NCBI GenBank assembly: GCA_965206695.1
Contig: CBDBKM010000010.1
Coordinates: 128,001 to 192,000, forward strand
DNA: 64,000 nt
Reading direction: 5' to 3'
Source: Chlamydiales bacterium
Lineage (GTDB): Bacteria; Chlamydiota; Chlamydiia; Chlamydiales; JAAZZY01
Part shown: one piece after another, positions 10,056 through 19,987 of the stretch
Position numbering within the stretch: position 1 is the stretch's first letter
How the letters are laid out: each line of letters begins with the position of its first letter
Position numbers and translations under genes: made by a program
Notes under the pieces: model-generated
Seen by the model: only the letters and a program-made list of their open reading frames with translations
Told to the model about the DNA's origin: nothing
The model's database searches: none

Positions 10056-10259
10056 CTATGTAGAAGTTTTCGTTGAGCCATAAAAGAAGCGCTCGATTTG
10101 TTGTTGTGCAAGTTTAGAGGGTTTTGTCTGTCCCTTTTCCCAGCGATTAACGGTAGCAAAGCTTACGCCTAGGATCCTGGCAAGCTCTACCTGAGTGAGC
10201 TTAAGTTGTAGCCTGGAATTTTTAATAAAATCTGATGTAAGCGTGTTCTTGAGGAGCAT
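10056..10259 (-). CDS. XRE-family HTH regulator upstream of hsdM (controller-like)
   Basis: LTQVELARILGVSFATVNRWEKGQTKP. Confidence 0.85.
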   Translation of the reverse strand: MLLKNTLTSDFIKNSRLQLKLTQVELARILGVSFATVNRWEKGQTKPSKLAQQQIERFFYGSTKTST

Positions 10260-10708
10260 CTTTGCTTTTTTTTAAGTTTGATTTTCTTATGATATATAAC
10301 ATCTGTTATATAAACCACAATAGGATTTGATGTAGTGTAGCAATTTCTTGGATTCCATTTTCGATTGCGAAAATTTGAAGTAAATACTATTTTTTCAACA
10401 ATCGGATATATCTTTTACCTGAAGCAGACTCTATAATTTACTGTTTATATTTTTATGTTACTAATAATAAGTTAGATATGTATTTACTGTGATGAAAATA
10501 TTTCCAATCAAAAGTTCTGAATGCGTCCAACCGCCCCCCAAATTTTATTTTATTAGAAACAAGCGACTTAAGAAAAATTAGAATAAATACTAAGTTCTTA
10601 AATAATAATATTTTATCTCTTGCGGTGCAAAAACGGTGCAGTGAACAATAGTTTTACCGGTACTATCCAATCTTTTGATTTACCAAAATAATTAAAGAGA
10701 GGCATAGT

Positions 10709-11353
10709 ATGGCATCAATTTTCAAAAGAAAAACCATTACCGGAAGCATTTGGAGAGCTGTTATTAGACTAAAAGGTTTCCCAACTACCGGCCAATCGTT
10801 TGACCGTAAACAAAAGGCTGAAGATTGGGCACATGAAACAGAAAGAAAAATTAAATCCGGTCGTTTTAATTTCTCCTACCATAAAAATAAGCATACCTTT
10901 TCACTATTAATGGAGCGTTATACTTCTGACGGAGCTTTAGAGTATCATCGTTCTGTTAGAGATACCTTAAGACATTTACAATATTGGAATCAACGGATTG
11001 GCTCCTATGCCCTTTGTCATATTAACTCGGAGCTCATAAGTAAAGAGCGTAAATATTTATTAGAAACAGATACGAAATATGGTAAAAAATGTACTCCGGG
11101 TACTGTCAACCGCTATTTTTCTACTTTATCGTCTATTTTAACATATGCCGTCAAGCACTTGCATTGGATTGATCAAAACCCCTGTAATAAATTATTAAAA
11201 TTAAAAGAGTCTTCCGGTAGAGATCGTTATTTATCTGATGAAGAAGCTATCCTATTATTACAGGTCTGTAAAGAATATCGTCATCCTTATATATATGCTA
11301 TTGTTTTAATAGCTCTTACTACAGGGGCTGGAAAAGGAGAAATCCTGGGTTTA
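10709..11353 (+). pseudogene. Tyrosine integrase truncated by an IS630 element
   Basis: N-terminal and core-binding regions (TVNRYFSTLSSIL..NP..RDRYLS..ALTTGAGKGEILGL). The box I Arg is replaced by Gly, and the C-terminal H-x-x-R and Tyr are missing after the IS junction. Confidence 0.85.
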
Positions 11354-12287
11354 TAGTATTTTAATTTTTATTTGATAACATGTTATCCTTCTTTTTTTAT
11401 ACAAACAGTAAGGACAAAACAATGCCTAGAGCCTATTCAGTAGATCTTCGAGAGAAAGTATTACAACATATAGAAAAACATCATGATAAAAAAACAGCCG
11501 GCCATATTTTTCAAGTAGGTATCGCAACAATATATCGATGGATCTTGCAAAAAAAGCAAAAAGGACATTTAAAGCCAATCCGCAGAAAATATGCTTATAA
11601 GAAATTAGATGATGAGTTGTTATCTAAATATGTAGAAAAACATCCGGATTATTTTTTATCGGAAATTGCTGATTATTTTTCAGTCACTCCGCAAACGATT
11701 TTTTATGCCCTTAAAAGATTAAAAATTACACGAAAAAAAAACTACTCGCTATAAGGAAAGAGATGAAAAGAAACGGGAAGCTTTTATGAAAGATTTAAAA
11801 AATATTCCCTTTGACAAGAGAATTTATCTCGATGAAACCGGGATTCATCAATTTTTATTTCGTGAGTCCGGAAGAACCTTACGCGGCAAAAAAGTTTTTG
11901 GAGCGGTTTCAGGAAACCGCTTTATAAGGCAAAATATTATTTCAGCCCTATCTAAAGGGCAGTTTTTATCTCCAATGTGTTTTGAAGGTACTTGTAATAC
12001 CGGGTTATTCAATATTTGGCTTAAGGAAGTTTTGACTCCTCAGCTTACACCCGGTAGTGTTCTTATTCTTGACAATGCCGGTTTTCACAAGTCAGCGGAA
12101 AGCAGGAAAATAGTAGAATCTGCCGGTTGTAAGCTTATGTTTCTTCCTCCCTATTCTCCGGACTTAAATCCTATAGAAAAATATTGGGCTAATATGAAAA
12201 ATAAAGTTAGAGAGATATTACGAAAAGTTACGAATTTTACATTCGCCATTGATCAAGCAATCTTATCAATGTAAAATTAAATGACTA
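11354..12287 (+). mobile_element. IS630-family element type A, copy 1 (orfA 11422-11754, orfB 11786-12274)
   Basis: Imperfect IRs TAGTATTTTAATTTTTATTTGATAA / TTATCAATGTAAAATTAAATGACTA with TA at both ends; DDE motifs YLDETG, LDNAGFH, PPYSPDLNPIE. Confidence 0.95.
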
Positions 12288-12289
12288 TA

Positions 12290-12525
12290 AGGGTATTACA
12301 CAAATTTGTAGCAGATACATTTTTTAAGAATAGCTTCTCTTTTTTTAGCTGTGTTAACTCTCTACTAAGACCAATCCAATTGATAGATTTTTTTTCTTCT
12401 TGATACAAAGAGCTTCTTCGTTTTAAAGCCCAATTGTATACAAATTTAGAACAACCAAACTCATGGGCCAATTGCCGTCTCTATTTGAGGGTTGGATAGA
12501 ATCTTAATTTGACAGCTTTCATCAT
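12290..12525 (-). pseudogene. tnpB: TnpB (IS200/IS605 orfB) N-terminal remnant
   Basis: MMKAVKLRFYPTLK*RRQLAHEFGCSKFVYNWAL..LTQLKKE; in-frame TAG at 12481-12483; cut by IS630. Confidence 0.8.
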
Positions 12526-12583
12526 AAATTCTTTATTTTAATCAACTAGTGTACCGTCCAAGCACCACCGCCGTCAATAATTA

Positions 12584-13723
12584 ACTCACCTTACGCAAAG
12601 GTGATGTAAAGAAAGTTTTTTCTCTAATTATGAGGAAAAAATATGTCAAAACAGCTCCCGGATATATATACAGATTACCTTATCAGCCAAAACCAATATG
12701 CTACGGCTACCGGACTTTCAGCTTTATTTAGATGGTGAGATCAGCCATAATAAAATTACTCGTTTTCTCAATAAGATAGAATTTTCAGGAAAAGATTTAT
12801 GGTGCTATGTAAAAGACACGCTGAAAAAATATTCAGGAGGTAAAGCCGGTGTTTTGATTATAGATGATTCTATCGAAGAGAAGCCTTAATACGGATGAAA
12901 ATGATATTATTGCATGGCATTTTTCTCATGCTAAAGGTCGGTGTATCAAAGGGGTTAACATTTTATCTACTCTTGTTCGTTATGATGACATTGCATTTCC
13001 TATCGGATATGAAGTCATATCTAAAACAGTACGTTTTTGTGATATCAAAACCAACAAGGAAACAAGAAAATCCGATGTCACTAAAAATGAATTATTTCAA
13101 AAACAAATAAAGCAAGCTATACGGAATCAGGTCAAGTTTGATTATATTCTTGCAGATAATTGGTTTGGAGCTAAAAAAAATAGGGAGTTTATTCATTATG
13201 ATACAGATAAGAAATTTATTTTAGGCATGAAGTCCAACAGACTCATCGCTTTCTCAGAAGAAGCAAGAAAAAAAGGTCAGTATCACAATCTTGAATCGGT
13301 TAATTTCAAGGATGGAGAAAAAAAGATAGTCCGGCTTAAAGATTTATCTTTTCCCGTTTCCTTAGTGAAAAAAGTCTTCAAAAACGAAGATAATTCCACG
13401 GGGACTCTATACCTTGTGAGCAACGACTTAAACCATGATGCTGACTCACTCTATGAGATCTACAAAAAACGGTGGAGAATAGAAGAGTATCACAAATCTA
13501 TTAAGCAAAATGCAAGCCTTGCAAAATCGCCTACCAAGGTTGAAAGATCTCAAAAAAACCATATTTTTGCATCTCTCATATCTTATTGCAAGCCGGAATT
13601 TTTAAAAATTAAAACCTATCTTAACCATTTTGCCCTAAAATACAAATTATTGATCAAAGCAAATCAGCCTACCTTTCATGAGCCGGAAAAATGATATGCT
13701 ATTTGATTTTGCGTAACATGAGT
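12584..13723 (+). mobile_element. IS701-like (IS4 superfamily) element with frameshifted transposase
   Basis: IRs ACTCACCTTACGCAAA / TTTGCGTAACATGAGT; AATTA target duplication; transposase from 12643 (YTDYLISQNQYATATGLS..IIDDSIEEKP..LADNWF..YKKRWRIEEYHKSIKQ) in three frames. Confidence 0.88.
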
Positions 13724-13750
13724 AATTAATGTGCTTTTCGTTCTTCTGTT

Positions 13751-13795
13751 TCGCAACCGTCACTCGCGGGTCGACTGCATCCGTGCAGTCTTCAT
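13751..13795. repeat. Hairpin repeat TCGCAACCG...GACTGCATCCGTGCAGTCTTCAT, copy 1
   Basis: Perfect GACTGCA/TGCAGTC stem; second copy at 58971-59014. Confidence 0.75.
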
Positions 13796-13829
13796 GGGGA
13801 TGTTTGTTTTTATTTTACCTTTTCTTGCC

Positions 13830-14174
13830 ATAATTGATTTTGGGCTACCGGGAAGGTATCCTAAATTATATACGATCAATTGAATCGTTTGCGGAAGTGT
13901 CCGGTTAGAAAAATGGGTGTGAGACTGCTTAATTAGATGAATACGTTCCGGAATTGCATTAGAAAGAGAATCTTCTAATTTTTTATGGGTTGATGTTATT
14001 GCCGCAGGTCGGATATCATAAGCAAAGACATTGCCCTTTTGAGGCGATAGAACACAATTTGCAAGAAAAAGGGTATCGTGGCCATTACCACAGGTAGCAT
14101 CAATTACGAAAGACAGTAAGGATTTCCGGTATTGATGCTAATTTAATATGGGGTTTATAACAATCTGAATTCAT
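13830..14174 (-). pseudogene. YtqB/MnmM-like SAM-dependent methyltransferase pseudogene
   Basis: VIDATCGNGHDTLFLA..VFAYDI..QSH..IVYNLGYLPG; frameshift near the start and C-terminus lost. Confidence 0.75.
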
Positions 14175-14388
14175 AATTCCACTAATTTAACAATAATAAC
14201 CTTTAAAAATAAAATCATTTATTCTATTAAACCCTTCTCTTGTTTCTCAAGAACTTCTTTGCGTTAACTTAATTTTTTTTAATAATAAGAAACTGTTTTT
14301 TAGTAATAATAGAATTTAATCTGCTTGAAAAAAAATATTGTTTCGACTAAAATCTCCTTAGTTGAAAATTTGTTTATCAGGATAAAAT

Positions 14389-14462
14389 GGGATATTAGCT
14401 CAGTTGGTTAGAGCGCCACGTTGACATCGTGGAGGTCAGCTGTTCGAGTCAGCTATATCCCA
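14389..14462 (+). tRNA. tRNA-Val(GAC)
   Basis: Acceptor GGGATAT/ATATCCC; anticodon arm CCACG-TTGACAT-CGTGG; T arm AGCTG-TTCGAGT-CAGCT. Confidence 0.95.
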
Positions 14463-14487
14463 TCATTCTTAATTATTATTTAGCTAC

Positions 14488-16188
14488 ATGACCAATAAAA
14501 ACATTTCTTTAGAATCCCTGTCTCTTTCTGCCACAGAGGTATTAGCTTGTTCCGTTACGGAACTATATCCAAAAGTTCATCTTATTGATGGTTTTGTGAA
14601 TGAGGAGGGTTTCCATTACGACTTTATTTTTAACCGGCCCTTTTATGAATCCTATCTCCAATCAATTGAGGATTATATGCATCAATTGATCAGAGAAAAG
14701 CATGAGATTCATGTAATGGAGATGATGAAAGAAAATGCGATGGAACTCTTTAGACATTTTAATCAGCCTTTAAAAGTTTCCATATTAAGCCAAATGAAAC
14801 AAAATATTGTTTCCTTAATTCGGTTAAAGGAATTTCATGATTTGTGTCCTAGGCTTGATATAGGGCATACGGGTAATATTGCATTTTTTAAAATCGTAAC
14901 ATTTAAAGAGATGGAAAAGGTTGTTACGGGGAAAAAAGTCAATATTATTCGTGTTAGTGGCTACGCATCGTCGGCTTCCAAAAATTTAAAAGAAGTATTA
15001 AAAAATAAAATTTTAACGAAAAAATTTCATCATCTAATCACAGGAGAAAATCAAAAATTATTCTATGAAAAAGGGAATCTTAAAACCGGTGCATATTCGT
15101 GGGCACCAAATGGAGCCGTTCTTTTTCAAAAATTAATTACCTTCTGGCAGACTGAGTTACAACAACTACAATTCGAACCGATTATTACCGGGCCTTTTAA
15201 AATTTCTTTTAGTGAAGAATCAGCTGCACAAACATGCCTAATAAGCTCATTACCGCTTAAAGTATACCAAGAAAAAATAGCGGATTATATCCCAATATTT
15301 ATCTCCGGTTTACCCACTCTGAAACATCAACCAATCAGGTTATATGAATGTAAGGCAATTGCATATGACAATCGAAATTCATATTATACAGGCCTTTTTG
15401 CAGCCACTTCCCAGCATGTGGATCATTTTGTGACATTATGTACTGAAAATCATCTATACGATGAACTGATTTCTTCCTTGCAATTCATTGAAAAAACAAT
15501 TAAAATATTTGGATTTTCATGTAAATTACGATTTTCATCGAAATTCGCTTATAGAGGTGATGTACGACATGCTCAAAGATGTTCGAACATTTTAAAAAAT
15601 GTTCTTGATGATAGTGGCATGAATTACCCGGTTAGTGATCGTGAAGAAGATGATTTTTCCGGTCCTCGAATTAAATTTGTATTAAAGGATTCACTAAAGC
15701 GAAAGTGGGAGGGGCCGTCATTAGGTGTCGATTTGGCGATATCAATGCAGAAAAACTTGGTAGACTTAAGTTCTTTTGATAAGAAAGCGTTACCGGTTTT
15801 AATTGTGGGTTCTTTCTTTTGTTCAATTGAGCGGTTTATAGCTATTTATTTAGAGCATTGTCGGGCTGAAGCCTTACCCTTGTGGTTAGCTCCTGAACAA
15901 ATAAGAATTTTACCGTTAAAACAATCGCATTTTAATGATGCGGTAGATCTGCAGAAAAAGTTGAAATTTCATGATTTACGTGTTAGAATTGATGCTAAAG
16001 CAGAAAAGTTGAATATGAGAATGCATGAAGCCTTTACAGAAAAGATTCCATATACGATCGTTATAGGGGATAATGAAAAGGCAACCAATAAGTTAACGGT
16101 TCGTTCTTTGAATGCACAACATTCAAAAAAAATGGACCGAGCTGAATTTATCAGCCGTTTAAGCCAAGAAAATTCACGGTTTAGATAA
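14488..16188 (+). CDS. Degenerate threonyl-tRNA synthetase paralogue (probably catalytically inactive)
   Basis: ThrRS architecture (EEGFHYDF, DLC, GPRIKF..DSLKRKW, SIERFIA, LPLWLAPEQIRILP, anticodon-binding domain) without the Zn, ATP-binding and editing residues. Confidence 0.85.
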   Translation: MTNKNISLESLSLSATEVLACSVTELYPKVHLIDGFVNEEGFHYDFIFNRPFYESYLQSIEDYMHQLIREKHEIHVMEMMKENAMELFRHFNQPLKVSILSQMKQNIVSLIRLKEFHDLCPRLDIGHTGNIAFFKIVTFKEMEKVVTGKKVNIIRVSGYASSASKNLKEVLKNKILTKKFHHLITGENQKLFYEKGNLKTGAYSWAPNGAVLFQKLITFWQTELQQLQFEPIITGPFKISFSEESAAQTCLISSLPLKVYQEKIADYIPIFISGLPTLKHQPIRLYECKAIAYDNRNSYYTGLFAATSQHVDHFVTLCTENHLYDELISSLQFIEKTIKIFGFSCKLRFSSKFAYRGDVRHAQRCSNILKNVLDDSGMNYPVSDREEDDFSGPRIKFVLKDSLKRKWEGPSLGVDLAISMQKNLVDLSSFDKKALPVLIVGSFFCSIERFIAIYLEHCRAEALPLWLAPEQIRILPLKQSHFNDAVDLQKKLKFHDLRVRIDAKAEKLNMRMHEAFTEKIPYTIVIGDNEKATNKLTVRSLNAQHSKKMDRAEFISRLSQENSRFR

Positions 16189-16219
16189 TGATACTTGGAT
16201 AATAGCAAAGAGGACGACA

Positions 16220-16723
16220 TTGAGAATTAATAGAAAAATACGAGAAAAAGAAGTTCGCTTAATTGATCAATATGGTGGACAAGTCGGAGTGGTTGATATT
16301 GAAACGGCTTTGAAGATGGCAGAAAATGTGGGTCTTGATTTGCTCGAAATTTCAGCTAAATCTAATCCTCCTGTATGTAAAATTGTAGATTATGGAAAAT
16401 TTTGTTATAATCAGACAAAAAAAGAAAAAGAAAGCAAGAAATCTCAACATCAAATAAAAATTAAAGACGTTAAGTGTAAACCTAACATTGATGTCCATGA
16501 TTTGGAATATAAAATTAATCATGCAAAAGAATTTATTTCTAAAGGATATAAAGTTAGGGTTACCTGTATGTTTCGTGGTAGAGAAATGTTACATACAGAG
16601 GTCGGGAGAAGTGTTGTACAAAAGGTAATTGATAAACTGGAAGGGGTTGCTGTTCCTGAAGCGTCTTTAAAGATGATGGGGCGGAATCTCTCTGTTGTTT
16701 TAATACCTAATACAAAGAAGTAA
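16220..16723 (+). CDS. infC: Translation initiation factor IF-3
   Basis: [32 protein letters not shown]; non-ATG start. Confidence 0.96.
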   Translation: MRINRKIREKEVRLIDQYGGQVGVVDIETALKMAENVGLDLLEISAKSNPPVCKIVDYGKFCYNQTKKEKESKKSQHQIKIKDVKCKPNIDVHDLEYKINHAKEFISKGYKVRVTCMFRGREMLHTEVGRSVVQKVIDKLEGVAVPEASLKMMGRNLSVVLIPNTKK

Positions 16724-16754
16724 ATATTTTCGGACAAGAATAAGGAGTTTAATT

Positions 16755-16949
16755 GTGCCAAAAATGAAAACGAATAAGTCTGTAGCTTCGAGATTTTCAG
16801 TTACAGGGACAGGCAAACTTAAGCGTCGTAAACCGGGAAAGCGTCATATCTTAACAAAGAAGCCTTCTAAGCGTAAGCGTAGATTAGGTAAGCCAACTCT
16901 TGTTGATAAGAGTCAAGAAAAAGTGTATTTCCGTTTAATGGGTGCGTAA
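16755..16949 (+). CDS. rpmI: 50S ribosomal protein L35
   Basis: [30 protein letters not shown]. Confidence 0.96.
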   Translation: MPKMKTNKSVASRFSVTGTGKLKRRKPGKRHILTKKPSKRKRRLGKPTLVDKSQEKVYFRLMGA

Positions 16950-17046
16950 ATAAAGAAATAGCTAATGTAAATGAATAAATAATCAGTTTAATTTCTGATT
17001 GTAAGACATGTTTACCGGTTTTAATGAGTACTAGTGGAGAGGAATA

Positions 17047-17403
17047 ATGGTTAGAGTAACCAATGCAGTTGCATCTCGTCGTCGAAAAAAAAGAATTTTT
17101 AAACAAGCTAAAGGCTTTATTGGCGATCGCAAAAATCATTTGCGTTTAACGAGTGGTGCAGTTATGCGTGCTATGGCATTTAATTACCGCCATAGAAAGC
17201 AGAATAAAAGAAATTTCCGTCGTCTTTGGATTACACGTATTGGTATTGCAGCAAAGATTAATGGAATTTCATATAGTAAATTTATTGATGGCTTAAAAAG
17301 GGCTAAATGCGATTTGGATAGAAAAATGTTGGCTGATATGGCTATCAGAGATCCGGATGGTTTCGCCGCTGTTGCAGGAATGGCAAAAGAGGCATTAGCT
17401 TAA
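17047..17403 (+). CDS. rplT: 50S ribosomal protein L20
   Basis: KRNFRRLWITRI..SYSKFIDGLK..LDRKMLADMA. Confidence 0.97.
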   Translation: MVRVTNAVASRRRKKRIFKQAKGFIGDRKNHLRLTSGAVMRAMAFNYRHRKQNKRNFRRLWITRIGIAAKINGISYSKFIDGLKRAKCDLDRKMLADMAIRDPDGFAAVAGMAKEALA

Positions 17404-17419
17404 GTTATCAAGTTTATCT

Positions 17420-17458
17420 AAACACCTTTTGAAATTTTCATTTCAAAAGGTGTTTTTT
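17420..17458. terminator. Likely bidirectional intrinsic terminator
   Basis: AAACACCTTTTGAAA / TTTCAAAAGGTGTTT stem between convergent genes. Confidence 0.75.
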
Positions 17459-18183
17459 ATCCATATACATCGATAGGGGAATGATTGATGTTTTTCTTCA
17501 CAAAAACCCAGCTCTGCTTCATCTCCTTGTTTAACCTCTATAAGAGTAAGAGTAGTTACCGGTGTTCCCGGTCCTTCATTAGATTTATACATCACTAAAC
17601 TATTATTCTCTAAATTAAACCAAATCTCTGCGTGCCAGAACATACTCATAAAACCGGTTAAAGTGATTCTAATTTTTTGAACTTTTATTTCCTTTCCCAT
17701 TATAGTTAAGGTCTCGATTTTTTCTTTTTTTGCGATCATTTTGATAGGGTGGAAATTTGTGGGATTTATAAAGTAAAACACTAAAGATTTATCCGATGAA
17801 ATAGCAAAGGGCTTAAATCCAAATCCGAACTGCTGGACCCAAGGTCGTTTTCCCAATTTTATCTTTTTTGTTGTAAATGTTCCTTCAATGTCACCTTCAG
17901 CAGTTAGAGTCTTACCTTTTAAGGTCATTTTATATTTCATTTTATTTTGTGATTGTTTGCTAAGTGATGTAATAAGGTAATTCTCTGAACAAACGAGTCT
18001 TATAGTTCCGAAGGGATTATCAAAAATAACATGATAGGAATCATGTGTTTTTTCTAAATTCCAGATCGTCTTATGATGTTCACCTTCTGTTTCTTCATCA
18101 AAGATATACGATACTGTATACGCATACATTGGAGAAGTAAAAAAAATGCAAAATAATAGCGTTAAAACCTTTTTCCTCAACAT
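17443..18183 (-). CDS. Exported hypothetical protein
   Basis: Signal-peptide-like start MLRKKVLTLLFCIFFTSPMYA; beta-rich body. Confidence 0.65.
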   Translation of the reverse strand: MLRKKVLTLLFCIFFTSPMYAYTVSYIFDEETEGEHHKTIWNLEKTHDSYHVIFDNPFGTIRLVCSENYLITSLSKQSQNKMKYKMTLKGKTLTAEGDIEGTFTTKKIKLGKRPWVQQFGFGFKPFAISSDKSLVFYFINPTNFHPIKMIAKKEKIETLTIMGKEIKVQKIRITLTGFMSMFWHAEIWFNLENNSLVMYKSNEGPGTPVTTLTLIEVKQGDEAELGFCEEKHQSFPYRCIWIKNTF

Positions 18184-18380
18184 GATAAGATCAGGCATCT
18201 TGCTTGAGTTAACCTGCCTAATTGTACTTATAGCGATCATCTGTATTTTTATCTAGAATTAATAATTAAAATTTTAATTATTAATAAAGTATTTATTTAA
18301 GATATTAAGAAATTCAATAAAATGTATTGTTTTGGTGAATTATTATAAAATTTTATATATATATATGGAGATGATGTCTT

Positions 18381-19637
18381 GCCTTTTCAACTATGAAGTG
18401 CAACAAATAAGCACCTTATTATACCTCAAATTTCTTTGATTGAAAACCTCTATAGGCATTTTAAAATTCAAATCTTTTTACTTCTTCATCCGTTACTTTT
18501 GATCAATCAGTTTTTTTAGGGAGATACTGTCTGACAAGTCCATTTGTATGTTCATTCAATCCTCTTTCCCGGGAGCGATAGGGTTTAGCAAAATAAAACT
18601 CTGCGTTAAGTTTTGCACGAACCTCTTTATGCCCGGAACATTTTCAACCGTTATCTGTCGTTAATGTATACACCTTGTCCTTAATAACCTGAGTTTTGGG
18701 TTTAAGTCATTAACATTTAATTGATAGTATGGATAAAAGCTACCCTATTTCACAAATATAAGCGAGTACTGCGGACAATAACAAGTTTTTTTTAAAATAA
18801 AAATCAAGTTATCTATTTTGGATACAATAGGATAAATCTAAAATTTCAGGGTATAAAACCTAAAACTCAGGTTAATAAGCTCTAAACGTTCAATTAAAGC
18901 ATTAGCAACACCATGAGCCTGCTTAGTCTATTGTATATTTAGAAGCTCCGGCAACAATAGAGACAAGCACCCCTTTATAATTTCTTCCTATTATTGTATC
19001 GCATTCAAAATCTCCTATCCTTGTTTTCATATCGACAATCTCAGGTCTTTCATCACTATCAATCCTATTGAGAATATATCCACGGCCTGTTTTGACAGAA
19101 CCTCGTTTGTTATACTTCTTACCCTGATGTCTTAAATTCTTATATAAACGGCCTCTATTTTGTTGATCTTTCCAAATATGACGATAGATACTTTCATGGC
19201 CGGTAAAAAGCCCATTCTCTTTTAATCTGCCGGATATTTGAACAGGACTCCACTGAAACCTTAACCTATTTTCTATGGCCGGACCTATTTCAGAAGTCAT
19301 TTTTTTCTTTATACTACTTGCTTTTAATCGCCTGTTTTCTGATCTGATTTGAGCTGCAATATGAATATATCTACCTTGAAAAGGGTTTCTTTGCAGCTCT
19401 CTATAAATAGTAGATTGATCAACTCTTATTTTATAAACAATATAATCTACAGAATCTCCTCTTTGTTTTAATGCATATATTCGGCATCTTTGTTCATAGG
19501 TTACATGGTGATAGCCTTTAGGCATAAAAATCCCTCTATAGTTAATTAGTCTTTTCAAAAATTAACTATATAGATTTTATCATCATTTAACCATTTTCAC
19601 ATTTCTCCTATTTGTTGCACTTCGATGTTGAAAGGAC
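18381..19637 (-). mobile_element. IS30-family element, degenerate transposase
   Basis: IRs of the form TTTCAAC..GAAGTGCAACAAATA at both ends; WSPVQISGRL, ESIYRHIW, IGDFECDTIIG; frameshifts, stops and a MITE insertion. Confidence 0.9.
18687..18872. mobile_element. 186-bp MITE with IS982-type ends inserted in the IS30
   Basis: ACCTGAGTTTTGGGTTTAA...AAACCTAAAACTCAGGT with TAATA duplication; same IRs as the element at 50386-53195. Confidence 0.88.
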
Positions 19638-19658
19638 CTTTTCTTATATAATACTTAT

Positions 19659-19781
19659 TAAAGATCTCTGCATAACTTATTGATTTAGTCGTCAATTTGT
19701 CAAAAATATATTTATAATGTCTTTAACTTACACCTGAAGGTTCGATTGTGATTAAAAATGTAAGTTATGCAGAGGTCTTTA
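19659..19781. mobile_element. ~120-bp MITE-like element with 21-bp terminal inverted repeats
   Basis: TAAAGATCTCTGCATAACTTA ... TAAGTTATGCAGAGGTCTTTA (20/21 match). Confidence 0.7.
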
Positions 19782-19849
19782 TCTACCCGGCTTTATGGAT
19801 TTTTAAGATATTTTCGCCAAAACAGTAACCGATAACTTATTCGATGACC

Positions 19850-19987
19850 GAAGAATTGTATAACGTACTCCCCAAACACAAAGAAGAGGAGTGGCATTCG
19901 CTATATACTAGCATTAAAGAAAAAGGTTAAAATAGATGGACACCATCGTTATAAAGCTTGTTTAGATTTAGGCAAAGATCCGATCTA
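19850..19987 (+). pseudogene. ParB/Srx-like N-terminal domain remnant
   Basis: EELYNVLPKHKEEEWHSLYTSIKEKG* then IDGHHRYKACLDLG; ends at the IS630 junction. Confidence 0.55.

Noticed and set aside
12545..12578. GC patch upstream of the tnpB remnant as an IS605 left end (TTGAC followed by GGCGGTGGTGCTTGG on the minus strand)
   Set aside because: Plausible, but no complete hairpin could be formed, so it was not called
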